Source of the DNA: the human T2T-CHM13v2.0 reference genome, Homo sapiens
Reading direction: 5' to 3' (one strand)
NCBI RefSeq assembly: GCF_009914755.1
Contig: NC_060934.1
DNA: 64,000 nt
Shown: positions 15,154 through 32,530 of the stretch, piece by piece
Layout: every line of letters begins with the position of its first letter
How positions within the stretch are numbered: the stretch's first letter is position 1
Notes under the pieces: generated by a model
The model's database searches: none
The model's input: the letters and a program-made list of their open reading frames with translations, nothing else
What the model was told of the DNA's origin: nothing
Translations under genes and position numbers: made by a program

Positions 15154-18100
15154 ATTTTCAAACTTTAAAGAGCATACTACATACCTGGGAAATAATCAGA
15201 CCAGAATGACCTACGCCCTACACCAAGTCATACTCCAGTAAAATTACAGGAAATAAAATTGTATCACCAGACTTTCAAACAATGCTTTATGCCAGAAGAA
15301 ATAGAGTAACACATCGACAACACTCCAGAAAAGAAACTGTCGAGTCTCTATACCTGTAAAATTGACTTTCATGTAAAAAGAACACAAATTTTTATGTACT
15401 ATCCACAGAAAAAACTCTGGGATTATTCTCTTGATGCCTTTCTGAGGAATATTCCAGAGTATAAGCTTCAGACAATCAAAATAACTAGAGATACATTGTC
15501 CTAAGGACTCCTAATGCGCATAAAAGATAGGGGTGCCTGTAGAACTAAGACTACGTGAGGGCTAAAGGAGAGACTGTATCATAGGAAATGGCTATATGTG
15601 CTGAAAATCTAGATACAGTTCAAATTCTAAAAAGCAGGGAGCCGTATTTCCAAAATTAATACCAGATTAGAGATGTATCGGGTTTCTGGTTAGCAAATAG
15701 AGATTCTGGACGTTGTCACTACCATACTCACAGTAAGAAGAAAGCTGAGCAAACAGAAAACAAACAACTCTTCCATAGATTCATTAGAAAACTCAGGTCA
15801 CAGGGCAAACCACCATACCGAAATCTAGAGACAGGCAAACACAGAGAATCACAGCATAGTAGGAGCAGAAATACCTGCTGGAGCCAGCAACCGGTAGGAA
15901 TGCCTCAAGGGTAACTGCCGAATTGCCAGAGACTGAGTGGTAAACTAATTTGAGAGATTAAAAACAACAACAACAACAACAAAAACAACAACAAGTTCCT
16001 GGGGGCCCGGTCTTAAGGGGTCTCCTGTACTTTGCTGAGTTTTACCTCTAAGAGCCCTACCAGGTTCTAAGGGTGAAAAAATTAGAAAAAAAAATCCCTC
16101 TGTGCTTCATGGAAGGGGAGAAGAGCAACCACTGTGAAAGAAGCCCAAAGCATTCTGCTCTCCTTAACAAACAGAGAAATGATTTAGCAGAGCCTAGGCT
16201 ACCTGGGATTTACCAGAGCCTGACCAACAGGAACTGATGGAAATACCCAACTCCAGCCCGCTCACACCTTCCTGTCTCAATTTGGTAGCCGGGGGCGGGG
16301 AGGGGATGCGGGGAAGTTGAGAAACAGCTGTGAAGGTCACAGCCAAGTGGCACAGGCTCACTAGAGAGATCTAAGCACAGGATTACAGAACGTTTCCCTT
16401 TTCCCGATGCCTTCTCATCAGAAGGGGTCCTATAAAATAATACGGAATTACGGCAGAAGTTCAAGGCTCACACAGTATTTAAGGATTCAACAGGGAAAAT
16501 CTAAGAGAAAAGGGGAGGAAAACACAAGGAAGACACAAGAGAAAATTTTACCCTCTGACACCCAAAGCTACAAAAATGTGAGAACTCGCACTAAAAGCCT
16601 ATTTACCTCAGTTCCTTTTACCCAATGCATCATGTCTGGCTTACAACAAAATTACAAGGTACTCTAAAAAGAAGAAAGGCTGAGGAGAGAAATCAAGCAA
16701 AAGCAGCACACTCGGATATGGCAGATATTTTACAGTTATCTGACTGCGACTTTAAAATTAATATGATTGATATGCTAAGAGCTCTAATGGAAAAAGTAGA
16801 CAACATGCAAGAAAAGATGGGTAATGTCAGCAGAGACAAAATCCCTGAGAGAATTGAAAGGAAATGCTAGAGTTCACAAACACTGTAACAAAAATAAAGA
16901 GCGCCTCTGACTGGCTCATTAGTAGAATGGATACAGTCAAGGAAAGAATCAGTGATCTTGAAGACATGTCAACAGAAACTTCCTAAACTGAAAAGCAAAG
17001 AGAAAGAAGAGTAGGAGAAAAGTAAGACAAAATATCTAAGAACAATGGGATAATTACAAAAGGCGTAACAGGCATGTTGGTTGATTATAGTTTACAGATA
17101 ACTGAAATGAATGATACCGATTCTATAAAGAACAACAAGAAGGAACTGGAAATGTCTGATTTTAAGTTACCTGCACTGGCTCTGAAGTGGCACAGTGTTA
17201 TTTAAAAGTGAGTTAAGATTAATTGTAAATGTATATTGCAAACTCTAGGGCTATCATTAAGAAGTTTTTATTCCTTGCTTTATCCTCCTTCTAAAAAATA
17301 AATTTTTAAATGTACATTTGCTGAGAAAAGAGAAAACGGAATATGTTGTGAGAAGAGAAAATGAAATCATATTAAATGCTCAATTAAAGCCACGGAAAGC
17401 AGAAAAAGAGCAGAAGACAAAAAAAAAAAGAACAAGGGCAAGAATAGAAAACACTTATTTTGTAGGTATTAATCTAAGTAATATCAATTATCACATTAGA
17501 TGTTAATAACCAAACATATCAATTATAAGACTATCAGTGTGGATCTTTTTTTTAAAAAAAAAAACAGGATCTAACTATATGTTATCTATGAGAAATCCAC
17601 TTTAAATATAAAATATAGATACAACTAAATTAAAAGTAACGGGATGGAGAAAGAGATATGACGCTAAACGCTAAACAAAAAAAGCTGCAGTAGTCATGTT
17701 AATTTCAGACAAAGCTGACTTCAAAGCAAGGAAGATTATCAGAAATAAAAAAGGGTATTACATGACGATTAAATGGTAAACTTTCCAAGAAAGACACAGC
17801 AATCCTTAATGTGAATGTATCTAACAACAGCGTCAAAATATGTTAGACAAAAACTTATAGAAATGCAAAGAGAAAGAAACAAATCCGCTATTATACTTGG
17901 AGACGTCAAGACTCCACTCTATCAGTAATTGACAGATCCAGCAGGCAGAAAATCAGTAAGGACAGAGTTAAAAACACAACACCACCATCTATCAGCTGGA
18001 TATAATTGACATCTATAGACTACTCCATCTAACAGAAAAATGCACATTCTTCTGAAGCTTGCACAGAACATTCATAGACATAGACCACATTCTGGGCCAT

Positions 18101-18390
18101 AAAACACCCCTTAAACTTAAGAAAATAGAAATTATACAATATATGCTCTCAGTCCACATTGGAATTAAACTAGAAATCAAACGAAAGATAGCTGAAAAAT
18201 CCCAAAACATCTGGACATTAACAACATATTTCTAAATAACATGTCAAAGAAATGTCAAAAAATTTTTAAAAATATTTTAATTAAATGAAAACGAAAATAC
18301 TACTTATCAGAATTTGTGAACTGCAGCAAAATCAATGCTAAAGGAAATTTATAGCATTAAATGCATGTATTACAAAACAAGACAGTTCTA

Positions 18391-18444
18391 TTAGGTTGGT
18401 GCAAAAGTAATGGCAAAACGGCAATTACCTCTGCACCAACCTAA
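18391..18444. mobile_element. MADE1 (Hsmar1 mariner MITE), internally deleted, 54 bp
   Basis: TIRs TTAGGTTGGTGCA...TGCACCAACCTAA flanked by TA at 18389-18390 and 18445-18446. Confidence 0.9.
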
Positions 18445-21400
18445 TAAAATCAATAATCTAAACTTCTACCCTAGAAAACAAGAAAAATGAGAATGAATTG
18501 AACTACAAGTAAACAGAAAAATATTAATAAAAATTAGGGCAGAAATCAGTGATACTTAAAAGGGGAAATAATAGAGAAAATCTCTGAGTACAAAAGCTGG
18601 TTTTTGGAAAAGATCAATAAAACTGGTAATCCTGTAGGGAGGCTAACCAAAAAAAAAAAAAGAACGAACAAATTACAAACAGAAATGAAAGAAGGGCCAT
18701 TACTACTGATTTCATGGATGTTAAAGGGATAATAAAGTAACATTATAAACAACTCAATGTCCAAAAATGTTATAACTTAGATAAAATGGACCAACTGCTG
18801 GAAAGACATAATCTACCAAAATTCACACAGGAAGAAACAGATCATTTGAGTGGGCCTACGTCTATTAAAGAAATTGAATCATAAATTAATAACCTTCTAA
18901 AAGAGAAAGCACTATGCCCAGATAGGTTTACTCATGAATTCTACCAAACGTTTAAGGAAGAAATTATACCAATTCTCTACAATACCTTTCACAAAATAGA
19001 AGCAAAGAGAACAATTTCTAACTCATTAAGCCAAAGACATTACAAAAAGGAGAAACTACAGACCAATCTCTCTCATGGACATAGATACAAAAATCCTCTA
19101 CAAAGCGTTAGCAAATAAATTCAAAAATGTACTAAGAGTACACACAATGACCAAGTGGAACTTACTCCAGGTATGCAAAGGTGGTTCAAATTCAAAAACA
19201 AAAGCAATCCATCACTTCAAACAGGTGAAAGAAGGAAATCCATACGATTATATGCATAGAGGCAGAAAAAGCACTGGAAAAATTCAACACCCATAAAAAC
19301 TCTTAGCAAACTAGGAATAGAGGAAGAACTTTCTCAACTTAATAAAAAATATCTACAAAAAACCTGCAATTAACAAGATACTTAATGTTAAGGAACTAGT
19401 TGCTTTCCTACTACAGTTGGGAACAAGGCAAGGATGTCCCCTCTCACCACTTCTAGCCAAAATCAGATTGGACGTCCTTGTTAACGCAGTAAGGTAAGAA
19501 AAAGCAGCAAAATGTATGCAGATTGGAAAGGATGAATTAAAACTGTCTTTCTCCACAGATAATATGATGTGTACGTAGAAAATCCCAAAGAATCAACAAA
19601 GAAGAACTGAAACTAATAACTACAGCAAGTTTGCAGGATACAAGGTAATATACAAAGGCAATTGCTTTTCTATATAAAAAAATAGAATTTTACATTAAAA
19701 ACACACCATTTACATTAACACCAAACAAATGAAATATTTAGATATATAGCTAACAAAATATGTACAAGCTCTATATGAGAAAAGCTTCAAAGCTAGTATG
19801 GAAGAAATCAAAGACCTAAATAAACAATGAGATACTTCAGGTTCATGAACAGGAAGACTCAACACTGTTATGATGTCAGTTCTTCCCAAGTTGATCTACA
19901 TATCAATTCCAGTCAAAATACCAGCAAGTTTATGGATATCAACAAACTGATCCTAAAATTTACATGGAAAGGCAGAACAGCCAATGCAATATTGAAGAAA
20001 ATACAGTTGGAGCACTGACACTGACCAACTTCAAAACTTAATGTCAGTTATAGTAACAAGACAGTGTGGAGTTGGTGAAACAATAGACAAGTAGGTCACT
20101 GGAATAAAATAGAAAGCCCAGAAATAGACCCACACAAATATAATCAGCTAATCTTTGGCAAAAGTGCAAAGGCAATTCAGTGAGAAAAGGAGTCTTTTCA
20201 ACAAACGGTGCTGAAACAGATGGACATCAACACACACACAAAAATCAATCTAGACAAAGACCTAACATCGTTCACAAAAATGAACTCCAAATGAATCACA
20301 GACCTAATGAAAAACACAAAGCTATAAAAATTTCTAGATATAACAAAGGAGAAAAATCTAGTTGACCTGAGATTTGGCAATGACTTCTTAGATACAATAC
20401 CAAAGGCACAACTTACGAAGGAAAAACTTGATAAGACTTCATTATAATTAAAAATTTCTGCTGTGTGAAAAATATCATTAAGGGAATGAAAGACCAGCGC
20501 CAACAAGGAGAAAGTATTTGTTAACACACATATCTGATAAAGAACTAGTATCCAAAATATAAAAAAAAGACTTAAAACTCAGGAACACCAACCCAATTAA
20601 AAAGTACGTGAAAAATCTGAATGGACATCTCACCAAAGAAGATAAACATATGGCAAATAAGCATATGAAAAGATGCTCGGCATCATATGTCATTAAGGAA
20701 TTGCAAATGGAAACAATGAGATACCACTGCATACCCACTAAAATGGCTAAAATCCAAAACACCAACAACACCAAATGCTGGTGAGGATGTGGAGCAACAG
20801 GAAACCTCATTCTTTATTGGTAGAAAACAAAATGGTACAGCCACTCGAGAAGACAGCTTAATAGTCTCTTATAAAGCTAAACATAATCTTATCACATGAT
20901 CCAGTAATCACATTCCTAGGTATTCGCCCAGATGTGCTGAAATCTTCTGTCTATACAAAAATCTGCACAACAATGTTTACACCAGCTTTATTCATAATTG
21001 TCCAAAGTTGGAAGCTGCCAAAATATCATCCAATAGGTGAATGGATAACCAAACTGTGGTACATCCAGACAATGGAGTATTATTCACTGCTAAAAAGAAA
21101 TGAGCTATCGAACCACAAAAAGACATGGCGGAATCTTAAATGCATGTTGCTAAGCAAAAGTAGCCAATCTGTAGAGGCTATATACCCTACGATTCCAGCT
21201 ATATGACATTCTGGAAAGGGTAAAATTATAGAGACAAACTGTAACATTTCAGTGGTTGTCTGAGGTTTTGGAGGTAGATAATGAGGGAGAGGGGATGAAG
21301 AGGTAAAGCAGAGAGGATTTTTAGAGCAGTGTAACTGTTCCATGTGATACTGTAACGGTGAATACATTACATTAATTTGCCAAAACCCATAAAACTATAC

Positions 21401-21456
21401 TATATACAGTGAACCCTGATGTTAGCTATAAGCTTTAGTTAATAATAATGCATCAA

Positions 21457-22151
<695 letters not shown>

Positions 22152-23195
22152 TTAAAGAGGGAGAATGAAGATAGCATATGCATAAGACAACTGTTTTTAG
22201 CAATACTGGCATTAGTAATATTAGTATTGTTAATTGCGTGTCAGGTACCAAATCTGAGACTGTGAGATATTCCAATTCTATCATCACCCATATCTGTAAG
22301 AGGCACGCTTCCGAGTGGAAGGGAGGTCAAGATGAGGACTAGAAGGAGGAGTTAAGTAAAAGCCTTGCATTCTGTTATGTATTTCCATTGGAACTACCAG
22401 TATAAGCTCAGGAGGCTGGCAGTCTCAGGACTTAAAGGGAGAGTGACTAGGAGGAGCACCAGCTCCCAACCTACTGATAATGTTTCTTGCTTTGAAAATC
22501 TGTCAACTTGTACTGTCATTATGCACTTATCGATACGAATACTTCAATAAGGTTTTTTGGAATAGATTTTTTTAAAACTATGTGTAAGTATTTTGGGAAG
22601 ATGAAGGTTCCTGTTTCCCTGGTTCAAATGGGATAAACATAGGTAGTGTCCCTGAATGCATTCCTAAATTGTTACAGAATCATTAGCCCAGACAGGACAG
22701 CTACCATGGCTTCTAGAACATGACCGGGTGGCCACAGGCACTCAGCATGCTCGCTGAATTAGCCGTTATCTTCATCTCCTCCACAGGGTATGTGCATATG
22801 ACTGTCAGAAACCAGTAAGGCAAAACAGGAGAAGCTGAGAACACTGCTTCCGACGTCTGCAGGTGTGGCTTCAAATCTGGGCTCTACCACTTATTGCCTG
22901 GGTGACTTTGAGCAAGTTAATGATGCTCCTTAAATCTGTTTCCTTACCTATTAACTATATAATGACAATACATTGTGAGGTTTGAAAGATTAATCCATAC
23001 AGAGGGCTTAGCACAATGCCTGGTATGTGGTAAATGTGTGCGTGTATTATATTAATACACTCCATGCATAGATGGCATGGTATTTCAATCATATTATCTA
23101 TTATTTTCATCCTCCTAACAAAGAGTGCACAACGTTGTAGAATACAAACATATAATAAATTACATAGGCATCTTTGACACGCCCTAAAGACTTAA

Positions 23196-23544
<349 letters not shown>

Positions 23545-24197
23545 CACTTACAGCTGTTAAGAACACCAAGTTACATAGACCACCATTCAAACACTGAGAT
23601 TGCAAACCACATTACCGTTCTCCGGTCTGCACTGTGTCCTGAAAAACTAAGAGGCGAAACCTCCTTGCAAGTAATTGCTTGTTCTGATGTGTGCCTTTCA
23701 TTTGGCCTCACCCTTAAAATTATAAGTTACACAGAGTCCAAAGGAATAATTAATGGATATGCAAAGAAACGGATGAAATAAGAAGGATCTTTATGAGGTA
23801 TGGATACTATAACTAAAACTACCATTTAATGTACTTCAGGTTTATTCTATTTGATACATGAACCAATATTTCCCCAACACAATCTTTTCCAGCCCCATAC
23901 TTTGTAGTGTTTTAAGCTAATGTTCTAAGTTTGAAGACAAAAGAAAATGAATTAACATACGGTATACAAAGATCTCACATCTGATCATTCCATTCTATTG
24001 AGATTAATAGTTTTTCAGGAAACCATAAAGAAAGTGGGGAGGGTTCTGCTAATATTGATGGAGATTAAGTTGCTTCTTATGTTTTCTTCAACAGTTAAAG
24101 CTCTGCAACCATCCTGTAAACCCAAGTTTCCAAGCTGGCAGGGCTAGCCCAATAACACTATTTTATTTGCTTAACACAGTGTTTTAAAGAATTCTGA

Positions 24198-24516
<319 letters not shown>

Positions 24517-24651
24517 TTACGGTAAGGCAGGCCCTAGGAGTCACCTCTCCTTGGCATCCAAGCCTGGCCCTGGTGAGCCCTTCGGGGCTAGGATACAACA
24601 CAGCACAGTATCACACAGCAAACCTTTCAGACACACTCAAGAGTGAACTCC

Positions 24652-24965
24652 AACCGGGCGCAGTGGCTCACACCTGTAATCCCAACACTTTGAGTGGCGA
24701 AGGCAGGTGGATCACCTGAGGCCAGGATTTCAAGACCAGCCTGGTCAACATGGCAAAACCCCATCCCCATCTCTACTAAAATTAAAAAAATTCGCCAGGC
24801 GTTGTGGCAGGTGCCTGTAATCCCAGCTACTTGGAAGCCTAAGGCAGGAGAATCGCTGGAACCTGGGAGGCGGAGGCTGCAGTGACCGTGATCATGCCAC
24901 TGCACTCTAGCCTGGGCAACAAGAGTGAAACTCCATTTAAGAAAAAAAAAAAAAAAAAAAAACAA
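24652..24965 (+). mobile_element. AluSq-type
   Basis: Full dimer. TSD agtgaactcc. Confidence 0.85.
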
Positions 24966-25151
24966 AGTGAACTCCGTTTCCACCACTGCCTGAGTGACAC
25001 TGGGGACTTTATAGAACCTCCATAGCTCTCTACTTTCTCATCTATAAAATGCTGACGGTAGGTGAACCAAAGAGGGATGTTATGAGTGTGAGAAGCACTT
25101 ACCACAGAGTAGGCACTCAGGTCTGTATCATTTGAGAACCTCTAATCTAGA

Positions 25152-25545
25152 TGTTATGGAATGAACTATGTCTTCCCAAAACTAATATGCTGAAGCCCCA
25201 ATCCCAAATACCTCAACATGTGACTATATTTGGAGATGGGGCCTTTAAAGAGGCGATCAGGTTAAAATGAGGTCCTTAAGGTGGACCCTATCCCAATCTG
25301 ACTATTGTCCTCATGAGAAGAGGAAACTGAACAGACTGAGGGACAGCAGGGATGCAGAGGGAAGATCATGTGAGCACAGCAAGAAGACGGCCACCTGCAA
25401 GCCCAGGAGAGAGGCCTCAGGAGCAGCCAGCCCTGCTGACACTATGATCTTGAACTTCCAGCCTCCAGGACCGTGGGAAATAAATTTCTGTTGTCAAAAT
25501 CACCCAGCCTGCGGTGTTTTGTTTTGCAGCCGTAGGACATTAACA
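25152..25545 (+). mobile_element. MLT1B/C-type LTR
   Basis: tgtgactatatttggagatggggcctttaaagagg...aataaatttctgttg. Confidence 0.75.
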
Positions 25546-26393
25546 AAGTAGGTACTATTAATCCTATTATTGGCCTTTTGGGCTTTGCTAGCACCTCAAA
25601 CCTGAAATACTGTTTTACAGCATTAAGCATCACACGCTGATGGAATCTGCTCAATGGGGACACTGCAAATTCCATTTCCTTTGATTGGAAACATGCTCTG
25701 ATCAGCACTTCTCTATTCAGAGGCCACATGCAAGGCAGCTGTGAAACATGCCAACCTCAAAGATGCTCTGGTTGACTGTAACATACGTGAGATTTCTTTC
25801 ACTGTGAGCTACACAGATAAAATGCCATTAAGACTCCATCTCTCTACCCAAAGACAGAACCTGGCGAATGAAGGTGGAAGAACTGTAGAGGCAGCAAAGC
25901 TCTGTGTGGAGATGAGACGAGCTGTGTCCAGCCTCCCAGGGAGCCCAGGAGCAAAACACAGAGGCTCAACACTGACCCCTGCTGCTCACACACTTGATCT
26001 AGACCAAATGCTCCTTGGCCACATTTTTACATCATCCTTTGGTTTAAAAAATAAAAAAATTAACCCACCTGCACAAACTTGCTATCCAAAGAAGAGGTCT
26101 TTACGCTGAATTAAAAAAAAAGTCATCTCTAGTCTTTTCTCTAACAATGGATCTCCTGTATCTAGATTGTGTTTTCTTTCAACTAGGTTCATGTGAATTT
26201 ATGAATAAATAATACAGGGTATGGTTTTCAATTATTATCCATACCAATTGTAGCATTGGTTATAATGGCAAAGCAGTGAGTGTTATAGTTCTTATGGTGA
26301 AAATATAACTACTTCACATGTAATAGACACCTTATAGTCATCTTAACATAACAAACAATAATTTCTCAGTAGATAATTTTAAAATTCAATATA

Positions 26394-26818
<425 letters not shown>

Positions 26819-27189
26819 TTATTAGTGGAAAAATTACCAGTTTTCAAAGCATGTCTGCCATTCTCAACAGAAACTTGGCCACAAGCACATCCCAACGAAA
26901 ATCCTGCTGCTGTTCCCCCAGCAGCCGCCCCCCGGGCTATGCACAGCTCTGAACTCGCCAGTGTGTGGCAACGGCTGTTCCTCTTGACCCTAGCACACTG
27001 GGCCCAGCCGCCCAACTTCTCCTGGGAATTCTGACTCAGGTGAGGAATAAGGCAGTGGGTGTGCTGGTTTGACAAGACCATGGGACAGGTGGGCAAAGAC
27101 CACTGAGAAGTACCATCACCAACGTTTCCAAGAAATAAAGATATTGTTTTGCACTTGTTACACCATCACAGATAAAATGGTTTTTACAA

Positions 27190-27808
27190 TAGTCATGCAC
27201 CGCTTAATAATGTTTCACTCAACAATGAACCACCCGGGAGGCTGGGGCAGGCAGATCGCTTGAGTCCAGGAGTTCAACACCAGCCTGGGAGAAATGGCGA
27301 AACCCCATCTCTATAAAAATTACAAAAATTTGCCGGCAGTGGTGGCATGTGCCTGTAATCTACGCTACTTGGGAGGCTGAGGTGGGAGGATCACTTGAGC
27401 CCAGGAAGCCGAGGCTACAGTGAGGCAAGATCATGCCACTGTAGTCCAGCCTGGGCAACAGAGTGAGACCTTGTCTCAAAAACACAAACAAACAATGGAC
27501 CACAAATATGACAGCGGTCCCACGAGATAACAATAATGTACTATATTTTTACTGTATGTTTTTGTATAAAGACACACACACTCACCATCATGTTACAATT
27601 CCCTATGGGATTCCATACAATCACATGCTGTACAGTTTTGTAGCCTAAGAGCAAAAGCCTGAGTCACAAGCACACCATCTAGCCCAGGTGTGTAGTAGGC
27701 TACACCATCTGGGTGTGTGTAGGGACATTCTGGGAATGACCACACAATGACAAAATCTTATTATGCATTTCTCATAACGTATCCCCACCATTAAGTAATG
27801 CATGAGTG
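27190..27808. mobile_element. Tigger3a-type DNA transposon, interrupted by an AluJ (27234-27490, + strand)
   Basis: Inverted termini agtcatgca...tgcatgagt. Alu TSD aacaatg(a/g)accac at 27221-27233 and 27491-27503. Confidence 0.75.
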
Positions 27809-28614
27809 TTCTAATAATAGCAAGTATTAAGACCATCAGGTACCGGGTGGTACACTAGGCCCTTATAGATATTAATTCACAATGACCCTATGAGGTGCTC
27901 TTATTATTCCCATTTTATAGATGAGGCACCTGAGGCACAGAGAGGTCAAGCAACTTGCCCAAGGATACACAGCTAGTAGCAAACAAAAAAGATGCTTACA
28001 AAAAAGCCACCAGGGCCACTAGAGCCAGAATGTCAGAGGACTGACAAAAAGTCAAATGCCATTACCGATTCAGTCATGCCAAAGGGGCTACACCTCTTCT
28101 TTGTTTCAATGAAGCATTTCCAGTTTTAACCCTATCATACAATCAAAAATAGAAGTTGTCAGTTCCATCTTGTTCCTGATAGCTGGAAACTGCTTCCCTC
28201 TGGAAACTGCGGAGAAGCCTGCAGGAAGGAGACAGAGTACATGCTCCTTCTCCAGAGCTATGCTTTCTCCCTTAGCCAACCTGAATCTCTTAACTAAAAG
28301 CAGTAACATTCCTTCTTCAATAAATTTTTCCCAAGTACTATGCCAAGTAGAGAGACACTTCAGCTAGGCTGGATGGGATGGTGGGTCAGAACTGAGTATT
28401 CTCGAGGGGCCTCCTTGAGGAGGTCACAGGAAATGGAGTCATGTGAATAGTTAAGTCCTTCCTTCTTTCAACAAGCACTAACTGACAAGGGGGCAAGGGC
28501 TAGCTGGAGCGAGAAAAACGAAAAGGGCTCCCCAGGCCAAGAAGCGGCGTGTTTAAAAACAGAAAGGTGGGCACATACACACAACCTAGAGGAGTGAAAA
28601 CATAAATAATTTTA

Positions 28615-28944
<330 letters not shown>

Positions 28945-29441
28945 TTATATCTAAAATTACAGGTCCTCCCCAGCTCTTTAATCTATCCCCCAAAGAAGGT
29001 CGACATGGATAGCATGTGTTCCAGGTTTAACAAGACTTTTGAGATAGCTCTTCCAGATAACCCATGATCATATTTGTTTATTATTTTGCCTGGTCCTTTA
29101 GAAAGACCACTCCCTTGAAAGCAGGTTGTTTTCGAGATTTATCTGAAAAATATTTTAGTCTAACTTGGAAAAAAAATGATAAAGGCTTGACCACCCAGAG
29201 AGGGCAATACACTTGAAGAGATTAAAAAATCAGGAAACACTTAAATAAGAGAAATGAAAGAAAGTTCCTCCGGCTACAGCTGGGATTCTGTCTCTATGGA
29301 AATGGAAGCTGATTACAGGGCCCTTCAAAATCAACTTTATCAACCAGATGAAGACAGCTGCTGCTTGGGAAAGAGTTTCTGCAGTGAAATCTCTTTAATA
29401 AAAAGAATAAAATCAGCAGCATTACGATTATGCTGGGAAGC

Positions 29442-29630
29442 TTTTTTTTTTTTTTAAGAGACAAGGTCTTGTTCTGTCACCTAGTAACACGATCATAGCT
29501 CACTACAAACTCAAACTCCTGGGTTCCAGCAATCCTCCCACCGCAGCCTCCCTGAAAGCTGGGACTTGCACATCACCCTCAGCTCATTTTTTAATTTTTT
29601 GTAGAGATGGGGTCTCACTCTATTGCCCAC
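29442..29630 (-). mobile_element. AluJ fragment
   Basis: Diverged reverse Alu after poly-T. Confidence 0.7.
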
Positions 29631-30612
29631 ACTGGTGTTCTTGGAAGCTTTAACGAGAATGTGTGTGCAAATTACATGCCATGTTAAAACAAAATGATGG
29701 AAAATAAATAAATTAGGACAAATTTTAAATAAATAGCTATCTAAATCAATTAGAACCTTAGGCAAAAGTACCAAACACTACAGGTTCTAATAAGCCACAC
29801 AAAAAATTCCAACACCTGATACAAATGCCTTACCCAGTCGAGTTAACAAAGTAAAGTTCTTGGTTCAGGCTACTGACTATGTTGGAACTGGGTATGTCTG
29901 AGACATATGGGTCTATAGCTGGATATTCATATTAATAGTTAACATTTAATGTACATTATTGGATCTAACACTAGTTAATAACTAACATTTAATGTGCATT
30001 ATTGCATTTAACGCAAACCATTAAACCAGTCTTATGAAGTGGTTTCTTAGGCTACCAATTATTAAGTAACTTGAGGATCAGAGAGGTTAAGTAGCTTCTC
30101 TAAGGTTACACAGTACTAACTAGCAGAATTTGAATCCACGTCTATCCAAATCCAGGTTCCCCTCCTATGTGCTGTACTCCTCTGCCTCTCATGGTAGGAA
30201 GTGAGCATTTCTAGAATCTGGCTGGACTACTAGAAAACTGTAGAACCTGTCTGATACCTGTCTCCAGCCTAAGAAGTTTTCCCCATCAGAAAGTTCTTGG
30301 TACCTAAACTCCTCAAAACATCTTTTAAAGGTAATTTGCTGTCTCTAAGGAAGGGCTGCGTTAGAAGATACAACTCTCCCAGGAAGAAAGACGGGCATCT
30401 CATATGCTTAGTAGTACAAAACCTTACTTTTATCTTCAAAGCTTAATTCTAACCTCTTGAGAAATTAAACAAAGTAAGAATAATAAAGGGAAAACTTGAG
30501 ATGCAAGAAACAGCTATTCTCTGTACATACAAGTTTAAGCTGTGTTTAAGCTGGATACTAGTATATAAAACTTCCTGGTTACAGCTAAAAGTTTATCAGT
30601 AAAGAAACATGG

Positions 30613-31089
<477 letters not shown>

Positions 31090-31989
31090 TCAGGGAGTTT
31101 GCAGAGAGCAGCCTTGGCTCAATGCTACAGAAGCCAGAGGAGATGGAATCTGCAAATCTCCAAATTCACTTCCACCCAACTTCCCAAAAAGTACTATTAT
31201 CCGTTGTTAGCTACTTCTTTAGGAAAATTTAAGAATGATCTCGCTTTTCACCACCCAATGTTATACCGGAAATATATTTCAGGAAGCAAGTGGCTTTTCT
31301 TCCTTAATAAAAGCCAAGGCTTCAAAGAGATAACGGAGCTGAACCGAAATAGCTAAGCCATTCTCCCCATTTATAAATATTACATAAAGTCTCCTCTTCA
31401 AAAGCCGAAGGGTACAAAGCTCCTCTGCTGAAAGCAGCCTCTCTTCTACCTGGTGAGAATGAGTGCTGTAGGGAGGAAGGCCATGGGGCCAAGGTTCCCG
31501 CTATGCATCATCTTCCCTATCCCCTTCTCTTTCTCCTCTGTATCAACAGTGCCCCCAATAATGACCATGGTCATGGCAGAGCCGGGCAGGCGCAGCAAGG
31601 GGCAAACTCAGATATCCAATTCCAGAGGCATCTGCTCAGTTGCTGACAGCAAGGACCCTTACGGAATGCAAGAGACCAACACACACCAAGCCTGAGAGGC
31701 TAACTAGTACACAACCTAAGTTTAATGGCACGTATTTTCATAAAGCCTACGAAACGCAAATCTACGTTTCCTCCCTTTTCCTTCTGCCAAGACATATCAA
31801 TAGCATCAACTCCAACCTCTGTCCCAGGCAGGTTTTCGAACCGTGAAAACCGTGAATTCACAGTAAACCTGACTCTGCAGTTCTCTCCATGCCTAAATGG
31901 CTATCCATCGCCTTTCAGGGTCTCCTGAACATCTCCCTTCTTCTCTCTTGTCACATCCTGGAATTGATATCCCAAACTCACAGGCCTAA

Positions 31990-32530
31990 TCCATCATTCT
32001 TTCATTTTCTTCATTCCTCAACTATTTTTGAGCATCTACTGTGCTCCAGGCACTATTATTAAAAAAATGCAAGCATGAATATTGCACAGCTTTTGTCTTC
32101 CCAATGTCCCAGCAGAGAAGAGAGACTTCTAGATTAAAAAAGAAAAAAATCAGTACAATCCTATGTGAGAGGAGTCACAAAGCAATACACACGACCACCT
32201 TCACAGAGGAGGGAAGGGATATGTTAGCCTGGTGCAGACGGATAAGGTTTTACACAGGTGGTGATGTCTAAGCTGACTCTTAGAAGTAAAAGGATTTCAG
32301 GTGCAAACGACTGAGAAAGAGGGAAAACAGAATTTGTAAAGGCACCAAGATCTGAACGAGTAGGCTCTGGTCCAGGAAGGGCAACAGGTTCAGAATGGCT
32401 GGAATGCCAGCTGCATGGAAGGGTAAGGTTGTGTTCAGATTCAGAAAGGCCTTGTACATCACGCCAAGAAACCTGGAGCATTACCGTCGATAATGGACAA
32501 CCTGGAGAAGTGCGGAGAGGGTTTAAACCA
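31990..32530 (-). mobile_element. L2 3' remnant
   Basis: cattcctcaactatttttgagcatctactgtgctccaggcact resembles the L2 terminus. Confidence 0.55.
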
